This document shows, piece after piece, positions 1 to 9,178 of a stretch of DNA of 64,000 nt (position 1 is its first letter; each line of letters opens with the position of its first letter). The DNA lies in contig JABAYF010000002.1 of assembly GCA_018609125.1 (NCBI GenBank), positions 25,540-89,539 of the forward strand. Direction: 5' to 3'. Below the pieces are notes generated by a model. That model had not been told where the DNA came from, did not search any database, and worked only from the letters and a program-made list of their open reading frames with translations. Position numbers and translations under genes: made by a program. Source of the DNA: Candidatus Nanopelagicales bacterium (GTDB lineage: Bacteria > Actinomycetota > Actinomycetes > S36-B12).

Positions 1-43
1 GTGCAGGTGACGTCACTGCCCCAGGCTAGGGCAGACTAGATTC

Positions 44-367
44 ATGGGTTTATTTAGTCGAAGAAAACGGCATGCCGCGTGGGATCGTGGGTCTACCTCT
101 GAAGACATTGCTCACCTGAAAGAGTTCGTCGACTCGCGCAAGGGAGTCGAGGCCTATCTAGAACCGGTCACGATGGCAACGGAGACCACGGTGGTGCTCA
201 TCGCCCACGACGGTGAGTGGACGCGCCGCCGGGTGGAGAGCGCAGATGAGGCCCACAGCCTTGCCAAACACTGGAAGATCCCGATCTACGACGCTGCCGT
301 CGTGGGGTACCCGGGCCGGATGCGCGAGTGGACTCAGACACACAAAGACAGTCGCCGCCAGCTTTGA
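44..367 (+). CDS. hypothetical small protein (107 aa)
   Basis: ATG-initiated ORF with G/C-biased third codon positions like neighbouring genes. No catalytic or binding motif recognised by eye. Confidence 0.45.
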   Translation: MGLFSRRKRHAAWDRGSTSEDIAHLKEFVDSRKGVEAYLEPVTMATETTVVLIAHDGEWTRRRVESADEAHSLAKHWKIPIYDAAVVGYPGRMREWTQTHKDSRRQL

Positions 368-377
368 CGCTCGTCGG

Positions 378-1094
378 TCATGACTGGATATCTGCTTCGC
401 CGATGTCTTCGGGCCGAGGCGCGCTCCCGCCCAACCGTGCCGGAATCCACCACGCGTCCTTAGGCCCGGGGTATCGCTGCACGGTCGCGTCGAGAAGTGC
501 ACGCATGTCCTGGCGAAGTTGCTCGGTCACCTCTTCGGCGTTATCGGCACGCGTGGCGTAGATGGGTGCACCTACGGTCATCGCAATCGTTTTGCCCCGT
601 TTGAAATCCTTGTGATCGTAGGAATAAAGCCGAGCACCGCCGAAGACGCACATGGGCACGATCGGAACGCCAGCGGCAACTGCCATGCGCACAGCGCCAG
701 ACTTAATGGGTTTGATATCCATGGATCGACTCATGGTCGCCTCAGGAAAAACTCCCACGAGCTCCCCCTCCTTCAGCGCACTGACCGCTGCGCGAAACGC
801 CTGCGAGCCAGCATCACGGTCCACCGGGATGTGTTTCATACCACGCATGAAGGGTCCAGATACACGGTGTTTGAACACCGAATCCTTAGCCATGAATCGC
901 ACCAGCCGCTTACCCCGCCTGTGTGCCGGAATACCGGAGAGCGCGAAATCCAAATAACTCGTGTGGTTGATCGCAATCACGGCTCCACCCGTGGCTGGAA
1001 TGTTGTCGACACCCACGATGTCGAACTTCAAACCAACAGCGGCAAAGAAGCCTTTGAATCCGGTCACAATAGGTCGGTACACGGGATCAGCCAC
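378..1094 (-). CDS. 1-acyl-sn-glycerol-3-phosphate acyltransferase family protein (PlsC/LPLAT)
   Basis: HX4D acyltransferase block (INHTSYLDF) and FPEATMS block, with length typical of PlsC-type acyltransferases. Confidence 0.85.
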   Translation of the reverse strand: MADPVYRPIVTGFKGFFAAVGLKFDIVGVDNIPATGGAVIAINHTSYLDFALSGIPAHRRGKRLVRFMAKDSVFKHRVSGPFMRGMKHIPVDRDAGSQAFRAAVSALKEGELVGVFPEATMSRSMDIKPIKSGAVRMAVAAGVPIVPMCVFGGARLYSYDHKDFKRGKTIAMTVGAPIYATRADNAEEVTEQLRQDMRALLDATVQRYPGPKDAWWIPARLGGSAPRPEDIGEADIQS

Positions 1095-1244
1095 GACGAC
1101 GACGGTACCGGGGTTGATCCCAACCTGTCAGCATCCCCCCGATCACGATCCATACAGTTGACCCATGACCGACGTCTTGATCATCGGTGCCGGATTCAAG
1201 CGCCGATCTAGCCGAGTACCGCCAACGACTGTGAGAAAACGCTG

Positions 1245-2618
1245 ATGACTTCGCATTTGAGCTGGGACCGTGAGCGGGCGCTGGATCATGCACGTGAACT
1301 TGTATCGCAAACCTGGCGCAACTTTGACAGCGCTCGCGAGTACCAACCCACCGTGAGCCCTGAACTCCTAGACTTACTCAACGCGCCACTGCCCAATGAA
1401 CCGTGCGACGCAGTGCAAGCCCTGGATGAAGCGGCTGAAGCGCTAGATACCACGACCTCACAGGCTCGTCCGCGTTACTTTGGCTACATCGGGTCCAGCG
1501 GCCTTGAAGTCGGTGCCCTCGCCGACCTGCTCGTGGGCTCCCACGACGCCAATCTCGCCATCGACGCCGGCGCCGCGACCCTGGTGGAAGCCCAGGCGCT
1601 GCGGTGGGTGGCGGAATTCATCGGCTACCCCGCACAGGGCGGTTCGTTTACCTCCGGTGGAACAGTTTCGAACATCACGGCGCTCACCGCTGCGCGCGAA
1701 CGTGCGTTTCCCGGGTCGCGGCAGCACGGCGTAGTTCCGGGTTCTGCCACGGCGTATTGCTCAGCTGATGCGCACTATTCCATCTGTCGAGCCATTGAAG
1801 TGCTTGGCATTGGCTCGCAATGGTTGCGCCCGATTCCCGTTGACGTGAATCGGCGCATGAATCCCATCGCGCTATCGCACGCCATTGATGACGACATTGC
1901 CCAGGGACGCACGCCTATGGTGGTCGTTGCCACATCTGGCACCACGCTGACCGGTGCGATTGACCCCATCGATGCCATCGCCGACGTCTGCGACGTTCAT
2001 GGCGTCTGGCTACACATTGATGGTGCATACGGGCTGCCTGCAGCTGCGGTGATGCCCGATGCCTTCACCGGATTAGCCCGGGCCGACTCGGTCAGCGTGG
2101 ATGCACACAAGTGGATGTTTGTGCCCAAAGCCTGCGGTGTGGTGATGGTGCGTGAACCGCAAGCGCTATCAAAAGCTTTCGGCCACGCCACCAGTTACAT
2201 TCCTGGCGCTACCTTAAACGCTGTCGACGTGACGCTGGAATATTCCCGCCCCTTACGGGCACTCAAAATGTGGCTGGCGTTTCGGGTTCATGGCGCGGCC
2301 GAGATGCGGGCAGCGCTGCAGCGCAACATTGATCAGGCCAGACTTCTGCACGACCTGGCTACCCAGCGTCCCGGCTGGCAGGTCGCGCTACACCCGGCAC
2401 TGTCGATTGTGCTGATAAGACACGAAGGCGTCAACAACGCTGCCTTAGTGGAGGCCATTCAGCAAGATGGCCGCGTCTACGTGTCCCATGCCCAACTGGA
2501 TGGGCAGACCTGGCTGCGGCCCTGCTTCACTAACCCGCGCACCACTTCGGCTGATGTCCAGGCTCTCATCGATGTAGCCGATGAGATTGTGCACTACCGG
2601 GAAAACAGTGCGCTATAA
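1245..2618 (+). CDS. PLP-dependent group II amino-acid decarboxylase
   Basis: PLP-lysine motif SVSVDAHKW, HIDGAYG block and GGTVSNITAL block typical of group II decarboxylases. Confidence 0.85.
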   Translation: MTSHLSWDRERALDHARELVSQTWRNFDSAREYQPTVSPELLDLLNAPLPNEPCDAVQALDEAAEALDTTTSQARPRYFGYIGSSGLEVGALADLLVGSHDANLAIDAGAATLVEAQALRWVAEFIGYPAQGGSFTSGGTVSNITALTAARERAFPGSRQHGVVPGSATAYCSADAHYSICRAIEVLGIGSQWLRPIPVDVNRRMNPIALSHAIDDDIAQGRTPMVVVATSGTTLTGAIDPIDAIADVCDVHGVWLHIDGAYGLPAAAVMPDAFTGLARADSVSVDAHKWMFVPKACGVVMVREPQALSKAFGHATSYIPGATLNAVDVTLEYSRPLRALKMWLAFRVHGAAEMRAALQRNIDQARLLHDLATQRPGWQVALHPALSIVLIRHEGVNNAALVEAIQQDGRVYVSHAQLDGQTWLRPCFTNPRTTSADVQALIDVADEIVHYRENSAL

Positions 2619-2740
2619 CCGTTACTGGCTGGCTGGTACCAGCACATCGTGGAGTTGATCCTCCTCATCGACAGTAACCGCGACATCGCCGGCGCACCCT
2701 GGTTGACGCTGAACTGTGGCGCACGATAATGTCCTACATT

Positions 2741-2800
2741 GCAGCCGGGCTGCGTTATTGTCCCCCCCGTCAATAGCGCCCCGGCTGCCCTTTTTTCTTC
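2741..2800 (+). terminator. intrinsic terminator downstream of the decarboxylase gene
   Basis: Long hairpin GCAGCCGGGCUGCGUUAUUG / CAAUAGCGCCCCGGCUGC (one G-U pair) at 2741-2788, followed by the TTTTTTCTT tract at 2791-2799. Confidence 0.7.
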
Positions 2801-2843
2801 GGGGTTCACCCCCCAAGTGAGCTTCCTAGGACACAATGGCCCT

Positions 2844-4922
2844 ATGGCCAACCGACGTCTTGTCTCTTTTTTGCACCGTCCCGCGTGGGTGACGCGCTGG
2901 GTGAGCGACGTTCCCGCCCAGGCCGGCGTCATCGGCGCCGCATGGAGCGTAGCCGGCAGCCTTTCTCGCGGCCTGCTCCCTCGATCCCCGATCCAGCAGG
3001 CCGTCGCCACCGGCGTCGTGGCCACCATCAACTACGAAATCACCGCCACCGGATGGGCCTCGCTGGAAGCAGCGGCTGCTCTGCCAGGCCAGCGCCCCGG
3101 CACCCGCGCCCGCGTTGTGGTCGCGGCAGCAGCCATCTCGGTCGGCTACGCGACCGCCTTCGCCACCGCCTCTCGGGCACCACATTCAACCGTGGCCGCC
3201 GGCGCTTACGCTCTCGGTCGCCAAGCCGCATTCGCTGGCATTGCCGGCGGTGCCGCCTCGATCTGGGATGAGATTTTGCATCGGCAATTAAAGTTGCGCC
3301 CCGGCATCGACACAACCGTGATTCCCAACGTCATCACCGGTGCGGCCATTGCAGCGGGCAACGTATTTTTCGCCGTTCGACGGGCACATCGCTACGGCAC
3401 CGCGAGTGACAATCATCGATTCTCCGGGGTGAACGCACGATCGGTTTCGGTGGCGGCGGCAGCCGGCTTGGGCAGCACGCTCGGCCTGGCCACGCTCGTC
3501 ATCACCGAGCAGGCAGCAGCCCGGGTACTCGAACACGGCATCGCCCGGGTTATCCGCCGCGACCCCGGCGCGATCGGCGCGCTGGCCGCACACACCGTGC
3601 TTCTCGGCGGAATGGCCGCGCTTTCCGTTCGCGCGATTCGGGCCACCACCCTGCGGCTGCAGTTTCGCGACAACACCGTCGAACCGGCCTACCCGGAACC
3701 ACCCACCTCCGGTCACGTGTCCGCCGGCCCCACCAGCGCGATGCCCTTCGCCAGTATCGGCAAGGAGGGACGTCGTTTTGTTCTGATGGCGCTCACCGCC
3801 GCCGAAATCACCCGGGTCACCGGCCAGCCGGCGATCGACCCGGTGCGAGTGGTGGGTGGGTTTGAGTCTTCCGCCGATGTCGCCGAGCGCGCCAAACTCG
3901 CTCTGGCAGATCTGCAGGCCTGCGGCGGTTACGAGCGCAGCATCATCTGCGTGGCCGTTCCCACCGGCGTGGGCTATGTGAACTACACGATTACCGAGGC
4001 ATTGGAATACCTGACCGGTGGCGACTGCGCCACGGTTGTTCCCCAGTACGCGCTCGTACCCAGTGCCCTCGCCATGCCGCGTACTGCCGAAGGCGTGCAA
4101 CTGACCCGGTTAGTTCTCGTCGGTATCCAGGCCCATATCCAATCCCTGCCCACCGACCGTCGCCCCGTCGTGGTGTTGCTGGGGGAAAGCCTCGGCGCCA
4201 ATGTCGCCCTCGACGTCTCTACCGTGCCCGGGCCCTATGTCGGAATCCCCGCTCTCGATCACCTCGGCGTCGCTGGCGGCGTCTATTACGGCGTGCCCTT
4301 CCGCACCCAATTTTGGCACCGCTGGCAGGCCAATCCTGAGGCGATGGATCCCGGGGATCACCTCGTGTGCGTCAGCCAGCCTAGTGACGCCCCACCACTG
4401 GGACCGGGGCAGATGCGCCACATGATGGTCATCCATGACGACGATCCGGTGAACAAATACGGGTACCGGATGGCTTTTCAACCACCCTGGTGGATGGGAC
4501 CGCCAGCCACTCGCCCACCGATGGTTCCGCGCGAATCACGGTTTCGCCCGATCAGCACCTTCGTCCTGGCTACCGTCGACCTACTCAATGGCATGAACTC
4601 CAAGCCGGGTACGTTCGTGCGCCGCGGCCACGACTACCGCATCGAAGCTCGAGAAAGCCTCGAACAGTCTTTCGGACTGAGTTCTACCCCGGAACAAGCG
4701 CAGGCCATTGAGGCAGCCCTGCGCCATCGCGAAACTGACTGGGCCGCCCGGCGCATGATCGCTCGCAAACTGGCGACCACCTGGCGCAGTGTGCAGCAAA
4801 CCCTCAACGCCTGGGGTGAGGCACCGGTGGATGTCGCTGATCTTGACCCCACATTGATACCCAAGGGGGCTATGTCACCCCTGGCCCGAATCGGACAAAT
4901 TAGTGCACCACCGGCTGCTTAG
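2844..4922 (+). CDS. membrane-anchored alpha/beta hydrolase (Abhydrolase_9-type), paralog 1
   Basis: Hydrophobic multi-TM N-terminal half, GESLG nucleophile elbow and C-terminal GHDYR. The start is moved from ORF-track 2739 to ATG 2844 because the first 60 nt of the long ORF are the terminator hairpin. Confidence 0.75.
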   Translation: MANRRLVSFLHRPAWVTRWVSDVPAQAGVIGAAWSVAGSLSRGLLPRSPIQQAVATGVVATINYEITATGWASLEAAAALPGQRPGTRARVVVAAAAISVGYATAFATASRAPHSTVAAGAYALGRQAAFAGIAGGAASIWDEILHRQLKLRPGIDTTVIPNVITGAAIAAGNVFFAVRRAHRYGTASDNHRFSGVNARSVSVAAAAGLGSTLGLATLVITEQAAARVLEHGIARVIRRDPGAIGALAAHTVLLGGMAALSVRAIRATTLRLQFRDNTVEPAYPEPPTSGHVSAGPTSAMPFASIGKEGRRFVLMALTAAEITRVTGQPAIDPVRVVGGFESSADVAERAKLALADLQACGGYERSIICVAVPTGVGYVNYTITEALEYLTGGDCATVVPQYALVPSALAMPRTAEGVQLTRLVLVGIQAHIQSLPTDRRPVVVLLGESLGANVALDVSTVPGPYVGIPALDHLGVAGGVYYGVPFRTQFWHRWQANPEAMDPGDHLVCVSQPSDAPPLGPGQMRHMMVIHDDDPVNKYGYRMAFQPPWWMGPPATRPPMVPRESRFRPISTFVLATVDLLNGMNSKPGTFVRRGHDYRIEARESLEQSFGLSSTPEQAQAIEAALRHRETDWAARRMIARKLATTWRSVQQTLNAWGEAPVDVADLDPTLIPKGAMSPLARIGQISAPPAA

Positions 4923-4990
4923 CCGGCCAGATCTGCCAGAATGGACACACTCTGGGCATTGTCCGGTCAGAAAAACCCGCGAGATTACTC

Positions 4991-5014
4991 AATTGTCCAC
5001 ACTTAACTGTCCAC
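4991..5014 (+). promoter_or_regulatory. tandem direct repeats AATTGTCCAC / AACTGTCCAC upstream of bldC (candidate operator)
   Basis: Two 10-mers with 9/10 identity, 14 bp apart, 25-48 nt upstream of the bldC GTG. Further TGTCC cores lie at 4958-4966 and, inverted, at 4941-4950. Confidence 0.35.
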
Positions 5015-5038
5015 GCAGCATCCAACGATGGGGACCTG

Positions 5039-5251
5039 GTGAATCCACCCGTAACCGCCGGCGCCGACCGGCTCCTCACTCCGGCTGAGGTGGCAAGCCT
5101 TTTTCACGTGGACCCTAAAACCGTGACGCGCTGGGCCCAATCGGGCAAAATTTCTAGTATTCGCACCCTTGGTGGGCACCGTCGTTACCGCGCGAGTGAG
5201 GTTTATGCCCTCCTCGGCCAACCGGTGCCTAACTCCTCGCCGCATTCCTAA
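5039..5251 (+). CDS. bldC: BldC-like MerR/excisionase-type DNA-binding developmental regulator
   Basis: The 70-aa product contains LLTPAEVASLFHVDPKTVTRWAQSGKISSIRTLGGHRRYRASEV, near-identical to the recalled Streptomyces BldC core. GTG start is preceded by GGGGA. Confidence 0.85.
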   Translation: MNPPVTAGADRLLTPAEVASLFHVDPKTVTRWAQSGKISSIRTLGGHRRYRASEVYALLGQPVPNSSPHS

Positions 5252-5283
5252 CTTTTCGTCGGGGTGACACCTGCGACATAGCA

Positions 5284-5316
5284 GGGGATGCCCGCTCCCC
5301 CGTCGCGGACATCCCC
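5284..5316 (+). terminator. hairpin with C-rich loop downstream of bldC (possible terminator)
   Basis: GGGGATG (5284-5290) pairs with CATCCCC (5310-5316), and the inner CCGC/GCGG extends the stem. There is no U-tract. Confidence 0.35.
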
Positions 5317-5431
5317 TATGCCTGCGCACAATGACACAGGCGGGTAGTGACCGGAACTAAAAATGATCAATTCGGTCATAATTGTTCAGAATGCGACATG
5401 GCCGAGATCTAGGTCTTAGCGACCCAACAGC

Positions 5432-6367
5432 CTAGACCGCGATGACGGCGAGCACCACTGCCGCTCCCACCGAGATCACCAGCACCAGTTGAAGTACACC
5501 CACCGCAGATCGCACCGACAGTCCTCGATCCATGAGTACATGACTGAGGTGATCGCGACCGGGAGTAAAGGGGTGCCGGCGCTCCCAGAGCCGGCGCACC
5601 ACCACAAATGTCGTGTCGGCTACCGGCAAGAACACCAGCAGCAGCGGAATAAGGGCGCTCCAGGGCAGATTGATGCCGACCGGTCGCAATCGCAAAGTCA
5701 CGATGGCCAGCAGGAAGCCCAGGAAGTAGGCCCCGGCATCACCGAGGTACACCCGGGCCGGTGCCCAGTTGTACATCAAGAATCCCAGGGCAATTCCAGC
5801 CAGCGCAAAGGCCAACCCACCCACGAAATACTGGCCATACAAAGCTGCGATCGCACCCGTGCCTAGCGCGGCAACGAGGGTGGTGGAGGCGGCCAGGCCA
5901 TCGGAGTTATCCAGCAGATTCATCGCATTGGTCAGACCCACGATCCACAATACGGTGATGGCCAGGTCGATGACCATGATCGAAGTGAAGTTCACCTGGG
6001 TGCCACTGACCCACACGATCACGGCAAGCACCGTTTGACCCGCGAGGCGAATCCAGGGATTGAGATTACGTACATCGTCAACGAAACCCAGTGCGGCTAC
6101 AGCAAGCGCGGGTAGCAAGACACTGGCGAGCAACCCGAATTCACTCGTGTCACCCGACACACCCACCGCCACCATGAACACCACGGTGAACGTCACCGCT
6201 ACCGCGATACCACCGATCTTGGGGATGGGACGATCCTGCTGTTTGCGTTCGCCATCGGGACCATCCACCAGCCCGGTGCGGTGGGCAATCTTGATGGACG
6301 CCCACACCAGCAGCGTGGACATAAGACCAGCACCAACGAACGCCGCAAGATAGATCAGTGGATTCAT
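5432..6367 (-). CDS. glycosyltransferase family 4 (MraY/WecA-like polyprenyl-phosphate N-acetylhexosamine-1-phosphate transferase)
   Basis: Polytopic membrane protein with the NAMNLLDNSDGLA and VDDVRNL blocks typical of the MraY/WecA family. Confidence 0.85.
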   Translation of the reverse strand: MNPLIYLAAFVGAGLMSTLLVWASIKIAHRTGLVDGPDGERKQQDRPIPKIGGIAVAVTFTVVFMVAVGVSGDTSEFGLLASVLLPALAVAALGFVDDVRNLNPWIRLAGQTVLAVIVWVSGTQVNFTSIMVIDLAITVLWIVGLTNAMNLLDNSDGLAASTTLVAALGTGAIAALYGQYFVGGLAFALAGIALGFLMYNWAPARVYLGDAGAYFLGFLLAIVTLRLRPVGINLPWSALIPLLLVFLPVADTTFVVVRRLWERRHPFTPGRDHLSHVLMDRGLSVRSAVGVLQLVLVISVGAAVVLAVIAV

Positions 6368-6382
6368 AGGTGAAGGGCAGCC

Positions 6383-7348
6383 CTAAGCGCGCGTGCGAAT
6401 GTCCTCGGCCACGTCAGCAATGATGTTGCGCAACCGCAGTTGGGGACTCCAACCGAGCAGTTCATTGATCCGTGCGGTGTTAGGAACTCGACGGGGCATA
6501 TCTTCGAATCCTTCTTCATAGGCGTCGTCATAGGTGACCTTGACCACGTCGGAGTCCGATCCCAGCTGGTCGGTCACCGTGGTGGCCAGCCCGGCGATGG
6601 AGATCTCCTCGTTGGAGCCGACGTTGAACACCTGACCTTCGGCCTCACGGGAATCCACCAGGCCCAGCAGGGCCTGAACAGCGTCTGTCACATGGCAAAA
6701 ACAGCGACGCTGGGTGCCATCGCCGTACACGGTAATGGGGGCGCCCTTCAGTGCCTGTTCCACGAACCGCGGCACGACCATGCCGTAGTGGCCCACCTGG
6801 CGTGGACCCACCGTGTTGAACAGTCGCACGATGACCACGGGTAGACCCTTTTCGCGCCAGTAGGAATAGGCGAGCACCTCTTCAATTGCCTTGGCCTCAC
6901 TGTATGACCAGCGGGTCTTCAGCGGGGAGCCAAGAATGCGATCGTCATCTTCGCTGAGCAGGTCGGATTCGTTCTTGCCGTAAATCTCACTCGTGGAGGT
7001 GACCAGCACCTTACGGCCATATTTATGACACTTCTCCAGCACGATTTCACTGCCGCGAATATTGGTTGCCAAACTCTCCAGCGGGCGCCCCACGATCAAT
7101 TCCACACCAACGGCAGCAGCGAGGTGGAGCACTACATCGACCCGGCGCACCGAATCGTCAACGAGGGCCTCGTTAAGAATGGAACCCATCACAAATTCAA
7201 AGTTGGGATCAGCCAAATGCGCACGAATATTGTCATGCCGACCGGTAGATAGGTCGTCGAGCACCATTACCTGATCTCCACGGGCAAGCAGGGCGTCGGT
7301 GAGATGTGATCCGATGAAGCCGGCTCCGCCAGTAATGAGATAACGCAT
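6383..7348 (-). CDS. NAD-dependent sugar-nucleotide epimerase/dehydratase (UDP-glucuronate decarboxylase-like SDR)
   Basis: The Rossmann motif GGAGFIGSH follows directly after MRYLIT, and a YSEAK catalytic motif is present. The start is trimmed to ATG 7348 because the longer ORF overlaps the upstream gene and adds a non-homologous leader. Confidence 0.85.
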   Translation of the reverse strand: MRYLITGGAGFIGSHLTDALLARGDQVMVLDDLSTGRHDNIRAHLADPNFEFVMGSILNEALVDDSVRRVDVVLHLAAAVGVELIVGRPLESLATNIRGSEIVLEKCHKYGRKVLVTSTSEIYGKNESDLLSEDDDRILGSPLKTRWSYSEAKAIEEVLAYSYWREKGLPVVIVRLFNTVGPRQVGHYGMVVPRFVEQALKGAPITVYGDGTQRRCFCHVTDAVQALLGLVDSREAEGQVFNVGSNEEISIAGLATTVTDQLGSDSDVVKVTYDDAYEEGFEDMPRRVPNTARINELLGWSPQLRLRNIIADVAEDIRTRA

Positions 7349-7412
7349 GGGTTGATCGTAGGGGTCAGCAACAACTCCGCTACGCGAGGCACAGATTTTG
7401 CATGCTGGGCTG

Positions 7413-9053
7413 CTACGCCGGGATAATGACGCGCTTGCTTTGCTCACCGGATGCGGATCGGAAATAGACGTAGATTTTCTTGCCCGTTCGCCGCTGCCAG
7501 GTGAACTCTCCACGAGTGTCCGACACCACACTCACCCGGCGCACTCCCACGCCGCGCGTATAGCTCGTTTCCCCAGGGAACTTGGTGTAGGGCGTCACTA
7601 ACTCCCCCTCGGGGAGTCCCAGGGTGGTGCCATCGACGAGCACACCGTTTCGGCCACGTACCGTGCCCCGCTCACCGTCCAGGGTGATAGGGGCGGCCAG
7701 CAGGTCGAAACTGAGCAGACCGGCCCCGCAGGTCACCAGGGTGCAGTCTTGGCCACCGGTGACAGGAAAAGATCGGACGGCGGCACCTAACTGCTGCTCA
7801 ATGGCCCCCGGACCGGTCACGCCCGATGATGCGATCAGTGCCGCTGCGGCCGCGACCAGCGGGGTGGCCATGGAGGTACCCGCCTTGACATCGAAATCAG
7901 GTTGCGCAGGTGAGGTCAGCCCGGTGTTGTCGGTGGACAAAATCCCTCGGCCACCACCGCCACCGGGTGCAGCGATAAAAATCTGCCCGGCCGTCACACC
8001 AAAGTTGGAATAGGACGCTTGAGCGCCGGTGGCGTCGGTTGCGGCAACCGCCAGCGCACCGGGGCAGTTGGCCGGCAGGTACGACGACACCGGCGCCGCC
8101 TCGTTACCGGCAGCGGCAATCACCACAGATCCCAGTGCCCGCGCAGTTGACACCGCGTCGGCCATGGTCCTTGTGCACGCGGATGCACCACCGAGGGACA
8201 GGTTGATGACATCGGCCGGGGTGGGGTTCATCGGCACGGCGATCCCGGTGAGTTCATCGACGACGGTGTCACCAGCGGCCCAGCGAATGGCGGCCGCGAT
8301 ATCGCTGATCGTGCCGCCACACTTGCCCAAGCCCCGCACGTTTTGAACGGTGACATTGGGTGCAGCACCACTAATGCCGTACTCGTTATTCCACTGCGCG
8401 GCAATAATTCCGGCCACATGCGTGCCGTGCCAGGTTGACGCGGTGAGATCGCATCCAGAAGAAAACTCACCTGAGTTGATATCGGCCTGAGAAATCCAGT
8501 CGCCCGGATCTGCCGGGTTGGCATCCCATCCATTGCCGTCATTGGCCATCGCAATGTCAGATACAAAGTCATATCCAGCGATGACTCGCGCAGCGAGATC
8601 TGGGTGAGCGGCGACCCCGGTATCGATTACCGCAACCACGACACCGGGGTCACCAGAATCAATCCCCCAGATCAGGGGGGCACGCACGCTCACGTCATCG
8701 GTTGAACCGCCCTCCCACAGTGACCACTGCTGATCGAACAGCGGGTCATTGGGGATGGTGATGTCGCTGGGACCAAGCACGAGGTCAGGCTCCGCCCAGG
8801 TAACGCCCGGCTCCTGTGCTACCTGCTCGGCCCTGAGCAGCGCCTGGCTGAGTGGCAGGAATTCGTCGAAGGCTCGAAGCGTGGTGCGCGTTGGATTTTC
8901 AGTGCGCACGAGGATTCCTCGTGCCAGCGCCTCGTCACCGCGTTCTGCTCGCGGTTCATCGGGCAGGGACGCTTCGGCCTGCACTGCCACGGCAGTGCCC
9001 GGCACCACGAGTAAGCCCATGGCCAAAAAGACGACGAGTACGCGACGAAACAC
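7413..9053 (-). CDS. secreted S8 family (subtilisin-like) serine peptidase
   Basis: Signal peptide, catalytic triad blocks VIDTGV / HGTHVAG / GTSMATP, and a good SD (GGAGAA) before the ATG. Confidence 0.9.
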   Translation of the reverse strand: MFRRVLVVFLAMGLLVVPGTAVAVQAEASLPDEPRAERGDEALARGILVRTENPTRTTLRAFDEFLPLSQALLRAEQVAQEPGVTWAEPDLVLGPSDITIPNDPLFDQQWSLWEGGSTDDVSVRAPLIWGIDSGDPGVVVAVIDTGVAAHPDLAARVIAGYDFVSDIAMANDGNGWDANPADPGDWISQADINSGEFSSGCDLTASTWHGTHVAGIIAAQWNNEYGISGAAPNVTVQNVRGLGKCGGTISDIAAAIRWAAGDTVVDELTGIAVPMNPTPADVINLSLGGASACTRTMADAVSTARALGSVVIAAAGNEAAPVSSYLPANCPGALAVAATDATGAQASYSNFGVTAGQIFIAAPGGGGGRGILSTDNTGLTSPAQPDFDVKAGTSMATPLVAAAAALIASSGVTGPGAIEQQLGAAVRSFPVTGGQDCTLVTCGAGLLSFDLLAAPITLDGERGTVRGRNGVLVDGTTLGLPEGELVTPYTKFPGETSYTRGVGVRRVSVVSDTRGEFTWQRRTGKKIYVYFRSASGEQSKRVIIPA

Positions 9054-9178
9054 GATTCCTTGGTTCTCCTACCGTCTGTGTCGGGTTGGGCTCAAGACCC
9101 TAGTGTCGCTCAGTCGAGCCCATGGATCGATTATTCCTCCCCTAGGACGTCCACATTCACAGAGGAATCACAGACCAC

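Noticed and set aside
7-16. Perfect palindrome GTGACGTCAC at the left edge of the window
   Set aside because: It is only 10 bp and sits at the window boundary with an unknown upstream context. It does not fit the Crp/GlxR consensus spacing, so it cannot be interpreted.
5270-5316. Possible 6C small RNA downstream of bldC (hairpin with a UCCCCCGUC loop)
   Set aside because: The 6C motif has two hairpins, each with a C-rich loop of at least six C. Here I find only one such hairpin, with five consecutive C. As far as I recall, the known 6C location (next to the ssd/tad genes) is not in this window. The element is kept only as a possible terminator.
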